This document shows positions 1 through 11,790 of a stretch of DNA of 43,557 nucleotides, in pieces. Numbering within the stretch: position 1 is the stretch's first letter; each line of letters begins with the position of its first letter. Source of the DNA: Octopus bimaculoides (taxonomy: Eukaryota); the NCBI RefSeq assembly GCF_001194135.2, contig NC_068986.1, positions 41,509,402-41,552,958 on the forward strand. The letters run 5' to 3'. The notes beneath the pieces were generated by a model. The model did not search any database, was not told the origin of the DNA, and was given only the letters and a program-made list of their open reading frames with translations. A program made the translations under genes and the position numbers.

Positions 1-381
1 AATTCCCTGCTACCACCATTCTTCCAGTCCTTCCAAGCTTGTTTCTTTTGTCTAATAGCCCTGTCTACCTCCTTGTTCCACCACCACGTTACTCTGGGTT
101 GGGAGGGGACCTTACACCACCCACAAATCTGGTCGGTGGCTTTCAACAGGTTGTCCCGCAGAAATCTCCAATTGTCTTCCACGTTGTATGATGCTATATC
201 CCCTTCTATTTTGTTAAATGCTTCAAGTAACTTGTCTCTAAGTCTCTGTCCGTTTGCAGGGTCTTTAAGCTTCCACACCCTTCTTCTCCAAGCCTGTCTA
301 ATTCTGGGCACCCATTTTGCCTTAATCCCAAAGTCGCTAACTACTAATCTATGTTGTGGGGTACATTCTTCGCCAGGGAAG
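1..381 (-). mobile_element. RTE-clade LINE fragment (end of AP endonuclease plus linker of ORF2)
   Basis: Minus frame reads FPGEECTPQHRLVVSDF...WKLKD...TWWWNKEVDRAIRQKKQAWKDWKNGGSRE; HRLVV and WWN.EV are typical RTE ORF2 motifs. Runs off the window edge. Confidence 0.85.
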
Positions 382-419
382 ATATTAAGTTTAAACAGCT
401 CCTGCTCTATTATTTTAAT

Positions 420-1960
420 ATAGCAGATTTATTATTTCAATAGACTTCTTCAAGTAGCTGTGATTGAAATGTATTTCATAATGCTGTGCCAAGAATCTCT
501 GTTCTGCTTCATATTGGATAGGTTTTCAATTTCATGATACATGTATGTGCCAATGGTATCAATGCAGTTGAGTAGTCTTTATTTTCTGTAAGGATATGAA
601 TGTCTCCAAAATAGAACAAACATCTGATATGACCTCTTGTTCAGTTTGAGAGAAATTGCCAGCAAAGCCTACAATGTATGGAACAACAATAGTAGAAATG
701 GGTAAAGTGTATTCATAAATCTCCTCTTTGGTATTGTGTACATGCTTTGAAATGTTTCCAACCCTCATGAGACAACTCCTTCATAGCGAAGGTTTCAGAT
801 TCATAAAGAAGAAAGTTCTCAACACGCCCTGAAGAAGGCCAGGCTTGTTGACTTTGACTTACTTGAATGCCAGATGTTTTGAAGCCTGTTAGACACCTCA
901 TACTTGTCGCTTGCATGTCGGGAAGTTTTACGTGTTGTTAGCAATGTGGAACCCAACATGCTTGAAGTCACTGACTTCAGGAAGTTGTGTTCTATCATTG
1001 GAACAAATTAACGGATGGCTTTCATCCACATTGATGGTTATGCATTCAGTCTTCTTTACACTAAGAAACCATCTTTGACAGTAGCATATATTTAAGGGAT
1101 ATTAAGTTTTGTGCACTACACAGTTGATGAGCTCTGAGGGCAAGATCATCAATATAGTTAAGGTCAGAGAGATAGAGGCTCTACTGATGTCTTGATTGTT
1201 TTTACTTGATGGTGAGGTCTGTCTTGGATGGCATCAAGATGTAGTACACTTCAATCACTACATAGAAAGACTTGTTGTTGTTGGAAAGGCTTTAATTGGA
1301 CAGTCGGTGCTTTGCACAAAGCTTACAGGGGTTTTTGTACATGATTGTTGATGGCTTTTTCAATCTCATCTGGAATACCATCGCTTAGGCTTCTTGCTAG
1401 AATGTCTAGGCAAGACTTCAGGCATGTTGGGTTCCACATTGCTAACAGCACATAAAACTTCCCAACATGCAAGCGATGAGTAGGAGGTGTCCAACATGAT
1501 TCTAAACATCTAGCAGTCAAGTTCTTTCATGATTCCTTTAAGGACACAGATCTGAGGTTAAGAAAATTCATCAACAACTGTGTGGTTTGGGGATTGTTCC
1601 CTCTGCACACTAATTTAGGTAAATGTCTTGCAAGTGAAATCGGTTAGAAAAAAATTGTGGAAGCCCATCAGATGGACCATTTCTGTTCTTAAATATCTTT
1701 CATAGAATCTAGAGTTGCAAGCATTTATTTGGACCAGGGATCCAGTCTGAGTGTATCTTCATTCTACTAGTCTCCAAAGCCTTGAAAATGGCCATGCGTT
1801 CTGTTGTTCTTCCTCTAAGTAATATTTAAGAAAACTGTTAATTTCTTCTGTACATTGGTGTAAGGCCTCACATTTTCATGGTAGAACAGTAAAGACTGTG
1901 TGAGACTGATGCTTTTCAAGAGCATTAATGACCTATTTGAAGAGACATGACTGTTGCAGT
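420..1960 (-). mobile_element. Heavily decayed Penelope-like retroelement
   Basis: Minus-strand remnants resembling Penelope motifs (IVVPYIVG, KKSIEI, possible degenerate MGS/YVDD region), an internal inverted duplication and a hammerhead-like CCCTGAAGAAGGCC at ~827-840. Many stops and frameshifts. Confidence 0.45.
856..1522. repeat. Inverted repeat pair, ~110-bp arms at 856-969 and 1414-1522
   Basis: TTAGCAATGTGGAACCCAACATG in the left arm matches the reverse complement of CATGTTGGGTTCCACATTGCTAA in the right arm; similarity extends across both arms with scattered mismatches. Confidence 0.85.
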
Positions 1961-2073
1961 TCTCATTTGTATCTAATAAAAACTTATAAGATTTACAAAT
2001 TTTAATAAAAAAGGAAGTGCATCAACCATACGGGTATATTACCGAATTTAGAAGTACGTTCAAGGACACTTAC

Positions 2074-2142
2074 TTATAACACATTACGCTTTTTTAGAGT
2101 AAGCACTTAAATCTGCAACACCCAAATTAGATAGGTGCTATC
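2074..2142 (-). other. Candidate 69-nt cassette/poison exon of the minus-strand gene
   Basis: Acceptor TTCTCTTTCTCTTTAAATCACAG|G at 2142 and donor TATAA|GTAAGT at 2074. Joined to the upstream phase-1 exon it creates T|GA stop. Confidence 0.4.
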
Positions 2143-2384
2143 CTGTGATTTAAAGAGAAAGAGAATTCATTTGTGAAGCAAAAGTTCTAATATACTTAGA
2201 ATTTACAAGCCATCATCAAACTCATGTCAAGAAAGCAAAATAAACGTATTAATTATTGCAATCACTAGTTTAACATAGGTTTTTTTTTTTATGCTAGGAT
2301 GGACTGAAGAAATTTACAATGTGTAGTGTTAAAAATACTCTGTTGGATTAATTATTTTACCAAACTTGGCAAATTTATACTTAC

Positions 2385-2501
2385 ACTGGTATGTAGTAGG
2401 ATATGGAGAACCTGGTATGTATGTAGGCATAGGTTGTGGTATTGTAGGTACTCCAGCAGTGGGGACATAAGTGTACTGAAGCGGATATGGGCTTTTGTTT
2501 C
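2385..2501 (-). CDS. Internal coding exon (117 nt, phase 1-1) of a Pro/Tyr-rich protein, tentatively DAZAP2-like
   Basis: Acceptor TTTCTGTTTATAG|GA and donor CCAGT|GTAAGT. Translation (G)NKSPYPLQYTYVPTAGVPTIPQPMPTYIPGSPYPTTYQ; GC-richer than flanks with A/T-biased third positions. Family assignment rests on composition and exon architecture only. Confidence 0.8.
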
Positions 2502-2935
2502 CTATAAACAGAAATGAGACACAGGAGATAAACAAAGTAAATCATTATATGCAAAAGGCACAGATTTAGGGGAAAAGAGGGTTATAAAATAAACAAACAT
2601 GATACAAAAATAATTAAAAAATAAAATGAGCTTAGGCAAATGATTCAATTGAGCTAATGGCACAAATTTAGACAATATGAAAACATACATCAAAAAGTAC
2701 ATTAAAATCTTCTCTCTAATTCAAGACAATGAATGTAAGGTTTAAGGTGTGATCTACAAAATACAGAAAGTATCTCAAAATAATGCTACTATCAACATTA
2801 GATACTTGCTCTGGTTTAACCATCTGACTAAAACGCAGATTCTACTGCTTTTCTTTGAGTGTTTAGTAATAGGAAGGGTACAGTCAGCTGTCATATGTAC
2901 TATACTTTTGCTAATTGTTTTAGATGCCTAGGTGC

Positions 2936-2996
2936 AGAGAGAGAGAGAGAGAGAGAGAAAGAGAGGGAGGGAGAGAGACATAGAAAGAGAGAGAGA
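2936..2996. repeat. (GA)n microsatellite, interrupted
   Basis: Direct inspection. Confidence 0.9.
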
Positions 2997-2999
2997 AAC

Positions 3000-3115
3000 T
3001 AGAACCTGACTGGCACTCATTTATAGCTGAGTAAACTGGAGCAACATGAAATAAAATGTTCTTGTCAAGGACACAACATGCAGCCTGTTCCAGGAATTGA
3101 GCCCACAGAGTCATA
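3000..3115 (-). mobile_element. SINE 5' portion (same family as 9680-9960)
   Basis: Reverse complement GGGCTCAATTCC...GTTGTGTCCTTGACAAGAACATTTTATTTCATGTTGCTCCAGTTTACTCAGCT aligns with 9740-9810. Confidence 0.6.
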
Positions 3116-3861
3116 TGTTTTCACAACAGGAAACTTATTTAGTTGTAAAATCATTCCCTGGATAAACATTCTGCTTGTGCTAACAAGAGGACCATTAAAA
3201 TGTTTCATAGTTATTAACAAAAGCTAATCATTGTAGAAATGATAAAAATTTTCAAAATGGATGTTGCAAAATCAAGTTCTAAAAGAAATAAAACTTCATC
3301 TGATGACGGGCATGTAAAACTATCTGGTTTGTATTGTATCAGGAATGACTAACATGGCATGACAGAGCAGTCAAATGGAAATAATAGATTGTGTTATAAA
3401 AGAAAAAAAAATTGTAGGAAGTTTATAACGTCAGTTATTCTTAACTAGTAGTATCAAACATCACACATAAGATATCCTTAATATGATTTAGACAAGTAGA
3501 ACAGAAACAAAAACACAAACCATTCAATGTAGAGATCATATAGTTTTATATCAAATAAATGGAAGTTTATCTGTTTTATGACAATAAGTATTAAAAAAAA
3601 CACACTCAATATATCAACCAAAACTAAGTTTAAAAATATTTAAAAGTATAACAAAAGAAGCCAGAACCATTAGATTCCATGTGTGGATTACTATCTACTA
3701 ATTATGCTTAGAAAACCATCCAACAGTAATCATTAGATGACATGATTTCTAGAACTATTGCAGGTTTAGGTAATTTAGACTAAGACTTGTTTGTAGACAA
3801 GATTACATACAATGATGTATGACTGACATGAAAATTAAATCTATTATTGAGAAAAACCTTT

Positions 3862-4050
3862 CTAACACTTCAGCATTCAGAGTTAAATGTAATGCTTTCT
3901 TATTCACAATTTTGAATTAACCATCCATACTTTATCTCCCAGTTTCAAAATTTTGACAATGCAGTTTTTTGATTTTTTGCATGCCTACTCAACACAGATC
4001 CTAGAATATTTAGGTTGGATATAGCCAGTTCAAATGCTGAAGGTTAAATA
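3862..4050. mobile_element. Non-autonomous DNA transposon/MITE, decayed (piggyBac-like TTAACCC ends)
   Basis: Ends resemble CCCTTTAGCATT...AATGCTGAAGGTTAA; the body is shared with 12985-13210 (TGTAATGCTT..TTATTCACA..TTTTGAATTAA). Confidence 0.6.
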
Positions 4051-5289
4051 TGCATACATACAAATAAATTTATAGGAATTTCAAAATTTAGTAGCTGGTA
4101 TGAACTTATATGAATATGAATGATAAAAGTATTATTAGTAAGGTATAAAGCTTTTTTGTCTTTGGGTTAAATCTAACTTGTCCTACCTTCCAGAAAGATT
4201 TTACTGGATGAGACTGTATTTCAATTATCCCGTATTTAAAGCTTCAGTTTACTACTTATTGACATTGCTTTCTTAGTATCATTTACTGAAGACTAATAAT
4301 AAGTACCTTGTGTTTTTTTTTTTGAGGTAGTATAAAAAAAAAATAAAGAAAATAGTATAATGAAGATGACTGGGGAAAAACGAAATTAACGATTTAAACT
4401 ATGGAGCAACTACATCATGCAATTCTAGTACATTAATCAATATATAGTTTCATCATACAAATTGGCATACTAGAAATGGTTTCAAATGTGTGCAACACAG
4501 ATGTAATTCACATTGTATACATAAGTAACTTAATTTAACTAAATTTAAAAGGTTAAAGTGAAACCCCACATTGCATTTGACTATTGTGTACAAACAGCCA
4601 ATGGTATACCAATTAGATGTTAACTACTTGGGACACAATGATCCTCACTTATCCATTCATTTGCATTTTTGAGTGGCACAGGTTGTAGAAAAAAAGAAAA
4701 AGAAAAGAAAGTGCTTTATTAGCAACTACTGTCCAAAGTGACACCACACCAGAGCCATAAAATATGTCTGAAACCACTCCTGTCAACAATTTTGTGTGTA
4801 ATTACTACTTAATAATGGATCCAATGTCTTGTTTTAAATTTTTATTAATTGCCTTTACTGCTTGATTCAAACATATGTCACATAAAATCTTTTTTCTTCA
4901 GGTTTACATTGCTGAAGCAGCTGAGACATGTTAGTCACAGTGTCTTTGCATTACAGCAAAAGAACAAACTACCTTAAGAAGTCATCGGAAATCACAATAT
5001 AGCTACAAGATTTCTCTTCTTTAATTGTAGAAAGAGTCAGAAAAATTCTCACAATTCAGAAAATTGTGGGAAATCATCACCATCACTTTAACATCCACTT
5101 TTCCAAGCTTGTAGAAGTCAGACAGAACTTGTTGAGAATCTTTTTTATTGCTGGATGCCTTTCCTGTTGCTCATGCTTATCTGTTTCCAAGCAAGGAGAT
5201 ATTCCAAATTATCAGACATGTTTTCAGAGAAGATTAGAAATGAAGGACACCACTTGCATGACAGGGACATTTGTTTACAACTATTACAT

Positions 5290-5500
5290 GGAATCAAAGC
5301 AAGGAGATGTGCTTGTGCATGTACACACACACACAATGACCTTCTTCCAGTTTCTATCCCTAAAATCCACTCACAAAACTTTTGTCAGTTTGGGGCTATA
5401 GAAGAACTTGCCCAAGGTGCTATGCAGTGGGACTGAACATGAAGCCATGTTGTTGAGAAACTGTACCTGAGACCATGTTGTTCTTACTAAACAGTCATGC
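5290..5500 (+). mobile_element. SINE 3' portion, decayed
   Basis: CACACACA...CTTCTTCCAGTTTCT...AAATCCACTCACAA...CTTGCCCAAGGTGC.ATGCAGTGGGACTGAAC shared with copies at 14105, 23140 and 31780. Confidence 0.65.
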
Positions 5501-5949
5501 CTTATAAAAATGATTGGTAATTTTTAGTGTCATAGAGAAACTATAAGTCTCCAATCAAAGTGAGGCCTTTCTGTTTGGTCTCTGAACTTCTGCATATGCA
5601 AGAAAACAACATTAGAAAATTTAAAGATTCATTGTGAAACAAGCAAATCCATTGTCCAGAACTACTTCTAAATAAGTTAGATTTTCTACAATATAGGAAA
5701 TACATCTCTATTGTTGAAACTGAATTAATATTTATCTGTATGTTTGGCTGAATAAAATGTTACTGATAATTACTTATTATAAATACAAAAAGAAAGAGTG
5801 AGAGAGAAAGAAGGAAAGAATTTTTGGATCTTTTTTAAAACAGGGGCCACATTTTTCATTAACAAAACACTTTGAAACTTGGAACACTGGTAGAATGTGT
5901 CATATAAAACATCTTTTTCTCTTAGTCTTCTTTAAAAAAAAAAGAAATC

Positions 5950-6245
5950 CATAAATTATTCCATGTTAAAGTTGTCGTATTTCTGTAATTTCAACCAATC
6001 ACTGACGTCCATTCAGCCGATATACATTAAGTGCCGACTACATAAACAAACGATTCTGAAACAATTAATCCTAACCCTAACCCTAGGGTTAGGGTTAGGG
6101 TTAAAGCAAATTTAAAATGAAAAAAGCAAATAAAACGAAGAATCGTTTGTTTATGTAGTCGGCACTTAATGTATATCGACTGAATGGACGTCAGTGATTG
6201 GTTGAAATTATCGAAATATGACAATTTTTTACATGAAATAAATTC
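5950..6245. mobile_element. Foldback/MITE-like element with central telomeric-repeat palindrome
   Basis: 72-bp arms 5986-6057 and 6139-6210 with one mismatch, extending outward with more mismatches; the spacer holds CCTAACCCTAACCCT|AGGGTTAGGGTTAGGGTT (6070-6102). Confidence 0.8.
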
Positions 6246-6995
6246 GAATACAAAAATATTTTTCTGTTCTATAACACAAAATAGATAAGTATACGAAGTT
6301 TGAAAGTCTTTCGGTACCAAATGTGCCCCCCCACCCCGTTTTAAAAAAGATCCGAATTTTTTGTTGCATATCTTTTCTAATGACAACTCCATAAATCTGA
6401 ATGGTTAAAATAATGAAGCTTCTATGAAGTCATTCAAAATGCTACAAAAGCAGCCTCTCCCAAATCAGTCACATAAAAACAGAAAGCAAGAACAAGAAAG
6501 TCATGGCTGGGTAGCTTTGATACTAAGCTTGCTCAAAGCTGATTTGAGGTCAAACAAGGAGTGTTTCAGATTTATTTTTCAGTCTTAACTAAGTAGATAA
6601 AGTATTCAGGCTACCAGCACATGTTTAAGTCTACAACCCATCTGACAAGTGAAGGACAGTATCATCTATAGAAAAATCATTATGTGTAATTGGAAGTGAT
6701 GGTGATGCTATTTTTTATCTCCAGATCAACCATGGTTGAGTAGACCTAACTGAAAGGCATTCTGGCTCTTTGATCACATCCCATCTTTTTGTCTAGACAG
6801 TGTATCTTGTACCTCAAAACTTTTGTAGTAGCATCTTTATAAGGTCAGAAGTTCAAAGTTTACTGCAGACATTTGTATTGTGGCCAGTGATAGACCCTCT
6901 ATGTAGTCATTTGAACTGCTGAAAATAGCAGCCAAACTTTCAAGACACATCCCTTCTGTGTTAAAAAGAAAAAAAAAAAAAAAAAAAAAAAAAAA

Positions 6996-7437
6996 NNNNN
7001 NNNNNNNNNNNNNNNNNNNNNNNNNNNNNNNNNNNNNNNNNNNNNNNNNNNNNNNNNNNNNNNNNNNNNNNNNNNNNNNNNNNNNNNNNNNNNNNNNNNN
7101 NNNNNNNNNNNNNNNNNNNNNNNNNNNNNNNNNNNNNNNNNNNNNNNNNNNNNNNNNNNNNNNNNNNNNNNNNNNNNNNNNNNNNNNNNNNNNNNNNNNN
7201 NNNNNNNNNNNNNNNNNNNNNNNNNNNNNNNNNNNNNNNNNNNNNNNNNNNNNNNNNNNNNNNNNNNNNNNNNNNNNNNNNNNNNNNNNNNNNNNNNNNN
7301 NNNNNNNNNNNNNNNNNNNNNNNNNNNNNNNNNNNNNNNNNNNNNNNNNNNNNNNNNNNNNNNNNNNNNNNNNNNNNNNNNNNNNNNNNNNNNNNNNNNN
7401 NNNNNNNNNNNNNNNNNNNNNNNNNNNNNNNNNNNNN
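6996..7437. other. Assembly gap (N run). Other gaps: 18312-18339, 27089-27433, 30690-30789, 32636-32645, 35334-35343, 37988-37997, 39659-40237, 40748-41458
   Basis: N characters, mostly flanked by poly(A) or (TA)n; exons could be hidden in the larger gaps. Confidence 1.
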
Positions 7438-8139
7438 AAAAAAAAAAAAAAAAAAAAGACTAATAGGACAATTTCCTGTTTCTAACTGGTAATAATCTCT
7501 AATCAATACACTGTCAATTTGCAACAAATATCAAACCCACCATAAAAATCATATCTCAGATGTATTTGGTTACATAATAAAGTAACTTACAAAAAAAAAA
7601 ATTTGGTCAAACAATATCATAAGTTGGTTTCCATATAAACGCCAGACCACGGGGAGCCTAAAAAGCCTTTATAATAATTCGAGGAAAGGATAATCATCAT
7701 CATTATAATCATTTTCATATCCATGTTCCCATGCTTGCATGGGTCAGATGAAATTCGTTGAGGTAGATTTTCAGATGCCCTTCCAGTCATTGACAGTTTC
7801 TAAGAATCTCAGTCTATTGAAGAAATGGTGCGGACAGAGTTATGAGTTTTTCTCTCATTTTCATTTTGCTTGCGAAGATCACACATGTAAAGACATGTCA
7901 AGAAGCCTAAGATGTACTTTTGCGGCTGACTGCAAGCACAGGATACTGCACGTAATAATAGCGAGCCTGTTTTGCTTACAGCCAGCAAACATGTAATGAC
8001 AAAAGAGGAATACAAAAATCATACACTTAAACAACTTAGTTTCTCTCAACTAATATAACTTGAAAGTATTGGTTGATCCATGGCCATTGTATAGAAGCTT
8101 AACTGATAATGTTTCAAAGCAAACATCATAATCACACAG

Positions 8140-8570
8140 CCATGCCAGCACCAATGAGCTTGTTTATGCTGGATGTGTCTGCCCATCTAACCAGTTATAT
8201 TGTAGTTCTTTACCATGTTGATAAAGTTTAGTACCTTAAGATCAGCCTGCAGTACATTTTCCTCTTCAACCTATTCTGCAGATCCCTTCCACTTTGGTCA
8301 TTTGACTTCCACACCAATGCGATCTTTCTAACATATTACAGATGATACCTCTAATACCGATTTTCTCTCAGCTTGCCATCATTCAAGCACAGTGATACTG
8401 CACTTCTAACAGAGCCTGCTTGCAATATTTCTCTCTAGCTTCCCTTCTGTAGTCATTGTCTCGGTCTTGATGCCACATTGCATACAAGCATCAAGTAATG
8501 ACTATCCTGACACAAGCTACTATACTTTCACAACACCCACTTCCACCACTAATTAGGTCAGCTAGGTAAA
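8140..8570 (-). mobile_element. RTE LINE 3' ORF2 remnant (post-RT C-terminal region)
   Basis: Degenerate minus-strand translation resembling the RTE C-terminal RLRWYGHV.R...GRP.K.W region; homologous to 22660-23050 and 28380-28600. Confidence 0.55.
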
Positions 8571-8809
8571 CAAGCTGTCAACTATTTCTAGGGAGCCTTT
8601 GGGCAGTTGAAAGATTGCATTTTATGAGAGCTCTGATTTTAATGGTTACATTAGGAGCCCTGTTCATCAACCAGACCATCTGTACACTCATAGTTTAAAT
8701 TGGCTGCAGTTACAGAGTTTCTAGCTGCTCCATTTCTGCATATCAAGTATGACTGTTATCTATATAGCTGTAAAATTTATGTTATGTCTTGCTATTTATA
8801 ACTAGTATT

Positions 8810-9195
8810 TCCTAGGTCAATGTTGGCCTGCCTGCCCAACAGCAGAGTGGCATCATCTGGAAGCTACAACTATGCAAGGAATCACATTGTGATCAGTGGT
8901 GTATAACAACATCTGAGAGTCTGGTCAAAATAGTGATGTGTGTGTGTGTGTGTGTGTGTACATGCACCCTCATCTTGATATCAAGCAATGGCTGTAAGTG
9001 AGCATCACTGTCATACAAACAATATTGTATATTTTCTATCTTCCATGGAAAATGTAACTGGCCAAGGGAAATATTATCTTGCTTGAAAACAGGTGAGTGT
9101 TAGTGACAGGGAAGAAATAAAGTTGTAGAAAATCTGTTACAGGAAACTTTATTTGACCCATGCAAGCATGGAAAAAGTGAGCATTAAATGATCAT
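8810..9195 (+). mobile_element. SINE 3' part with RTE-derived tail
   Basis: 8810-8930 aligns with 9855-9955; ends GACCCATGCAAGCATGGAAAA...ATTAAATGATCATGA, matching the RTE-type tail at 26990-27035. Confidence 0.6.
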
Positions 9196-9679
9196 GACAA
9201 AGAGAAAATGAGAAAACTGCTAATCATAAGTTTGTAGCTTGTTAGATAATAACTGATAGTATTTTCTTAAAAAAAAAAAACGTCATAAAGAAATCCATGA
9301 GTTTATACTGTTATTGAAAAAAAGAAATGTAAAACTTTCTTGCTCTGATAATTTTTATAAAAAGAAACACCTACATTTTTGACTAGTAGTTTTACTGTGA
9401 ATTACAACATAATACTAAACTGCTTTGTCATTTTAAAACTAAATGCATCTCAATTTCTCACCTCTTTGCTGACTGTTTTTCCTCAAAGCTTTTACAAAGT
9501 AGAAACAAAATTGTAAAAGAAATAGACAATGATTAGAAACTACATGTAGATTAGCAAGAAACTGTATGATCTCCAAAAGAAGCTTTTTAATAGATCAAAT
9601 ATGTACAGCTTAACATATCTATTTACCCATACTCATACATATGAGTAGTTAGATATTTTAAGATGCAAACATTTGATGC

Positions 9680-9960
9680 GTGTGTGCATGAAAGTGATTG
9701 GGTGTTGCACTCATGATCACTGGATTGCGGTTTCGATTCTCAAACTGTCAGTGCATTGTGTTCTTAAGCAAACTTCATTTCATGTTACTCCAATCCACTC
9801 AGCTGTAAATAGGTAACCCTGCAATAGACTGGCATTTCATTCAAAGGTAATATTGGTCATCCTGCCTAACCAGCAGGGTGGTACCACTCAAAAGCTACAA
9901 CAATGCAAGGAGCACACTGTGACCAGTGGTATATAATACATTTGATAGTCTAGCAGATAC
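9680..9960 (+). mobile_element. tRNA-derived SINE, decayed
   Basis: tRNA-like head with B-box-like GGTTTCGATTCT followed by GTGTTCTTAAGCAA...CCACTCAGCTGTAAAT...CCCTGCAATAGACTGGCAT core. Confidence 0.6.
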
Positions 9961-10192
9961 AGTAATATATACCAAACTGGAAGACTGGAAAGCTTTTGCT
10001 ATTTATTCTCTGTTACATATGTTTCTTTACTAAATAGGAGTTACAAAGTTATACATGTTAAAAAAAAACTTGTAAGACATCTGTCAGTAGTAATTCTTCA
10101 GACCAAGAATTAAAATAATACAAAATTTATATTGGATGGCGCGATAATATATAGAATCAAGTATTAATCTCAGGAGTCATATATATACATAC

Positions 10193-10194
<2 letters not shown>

Positions 10195-10281
<87 letters not shown>

Positions 10282-10290
10282 GAGAGAAAT
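10195..10290. repeat. (GA)n microsatellite, about 35 near-perfect units
   Basis: Direct inspection. Confidence 0.95.
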
Positions 10291-11334
10291 GTAGAGAAGA
10301 AACAGAAGTATTTTCAACTCTCAAATAAAATATAACATCTACATATACTTATGAGTACTGGAATATGCAAAAGTGTTTCTTGAAGGCACAGCTTGGATTA
10401 TAATCCTATCTACATACTGTATATATCTGATAGGTAAAAGTCAAATCTAATGGAACAATGACCTAGCAATCAGAAGCATACTATGTTGTTTAACACAAGA
10501 AAACACTTTAAAGTATACGAAATTGCAAAAAAAAAAAACTGGCAAAGAACATCCTAAGCTATAATTACCAATGAAGCCAACCAAATGAAATATGAAATAA
10601 AGCCAAAGGAGCTGGAATTGATCAACAGATATAAAGAGACAAGGAGAGATTTTTTGGAGAAACATCTGTAATATTTTGGCATTGAGAAAGATTATAAAAC
10701 AGCTGTTAAAATGGGTGGTGATAATGAAGATGTTCAGAATATACCGATTAAACATATGTTGCACATTTATTGAATGAAAATTATTTTATAGACGTGTTAA
10801 AAGTAGCAACTGTAGAATAAATGTACTGAAGAAATAAAAAAAAAATTGTGAAAACTACAGTAATACAGCACAAAAATTCCTATACGTTATGTAAACATTT
10901 TGTACTCAGTACTAATGGTAAAAAAAAATGTAGTAAAAGTATCCAAATTTGTCAAATAATTGTTTTACTGATATTGAATTAAAAGAAATTAGTCTTTGAC
11001 ATGTAATGGAAGCCAGTATTGAATCGGTTTTAACCCTCTAACTATAGAAATCACATACAAGATATTCAGGCTAAATTTGACAATCCTGTATGTCTTCTTT
11101 CTTCAGGAACAGCTTGATGTATTGGTGAATAGTCAATGACATTGGAGAGCATAAAAATTGAGGTTGTAGTAGAGAAAAAGTTTGCTGATACAGAGAAATG
11201 GAAGCCATCTGAATATGGGAAGAGTTACCTGTATTATGATGATTCACACCAGGTATCAAAATGCTGACAGACAGCATGACTGCTACTCAATGCTCTGTGA
11301 ACAATGTAAAGGCTGTAAGATGTGACATGGACAA

Positions 11335-11790
11335 CATGAAAGCCAAATTCCCTGAAAGTTCGATGGTCTTCATGTGTGTCTCTATTTAGGGTTATGTCAT
11401 GCTGCCCACCTCCATCTCTGAATAGGGCCTTAGGCTCAAGTCAGATGGTTATGTGAAGCTTCTGGAGACTTCAGTTAAACCCAGGCTGAAGAGGGTTGCT
11501 GCTGGAAGGACACAAGTGGTAGCAAGATTTGGCTCCTTGCCATAGATCCAAAAAAAAAAAAGCCAAAAGTTGTTGTCAGAGAATTTCTACAACTTCACCA
11601 GCCTCCTAATTCCCTCAATTATAAGCTTATGGTTTACTAAGGGTGGGACACAGTTGAGAAAGACAACAACCACTCTTCCTGCAACACAAAAATTGAAGAT
11701 CTTCCCAAGGACACAGTGAGTAACACATGTGCCAGGTTCTACAGCTGTCTTGAGGTTATAGTAGAAGATGAAGGCAGCTACTTTGAGTAA
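11335..11790 (+). mobile_element. Tc1/mariner (maT/DD37D-like) transposase pseudogene, C-terminal catalytic part
   Basis: Frameshifted translation KFPESSMVF..VMLPTS..GLRLKSDGYVKLLETSVKP.LKRVAAGR...QQDLAPCHRS...SENFYNFT...LEVIVEDEGSYFE*. Confidence 0.8.

Noticed and set aside
73-423. 116-aa plus-strand ORF
   Set aside because: Antisense shadow of the RTE LINE frame on the minus strand.
6958-7527. Long ORFs spanning N runs (also at 27.0-27.6, 30.6-31.0 and 39.6-41.7 kb)
   Set aside because: Artefacts of translating assembly gaps.
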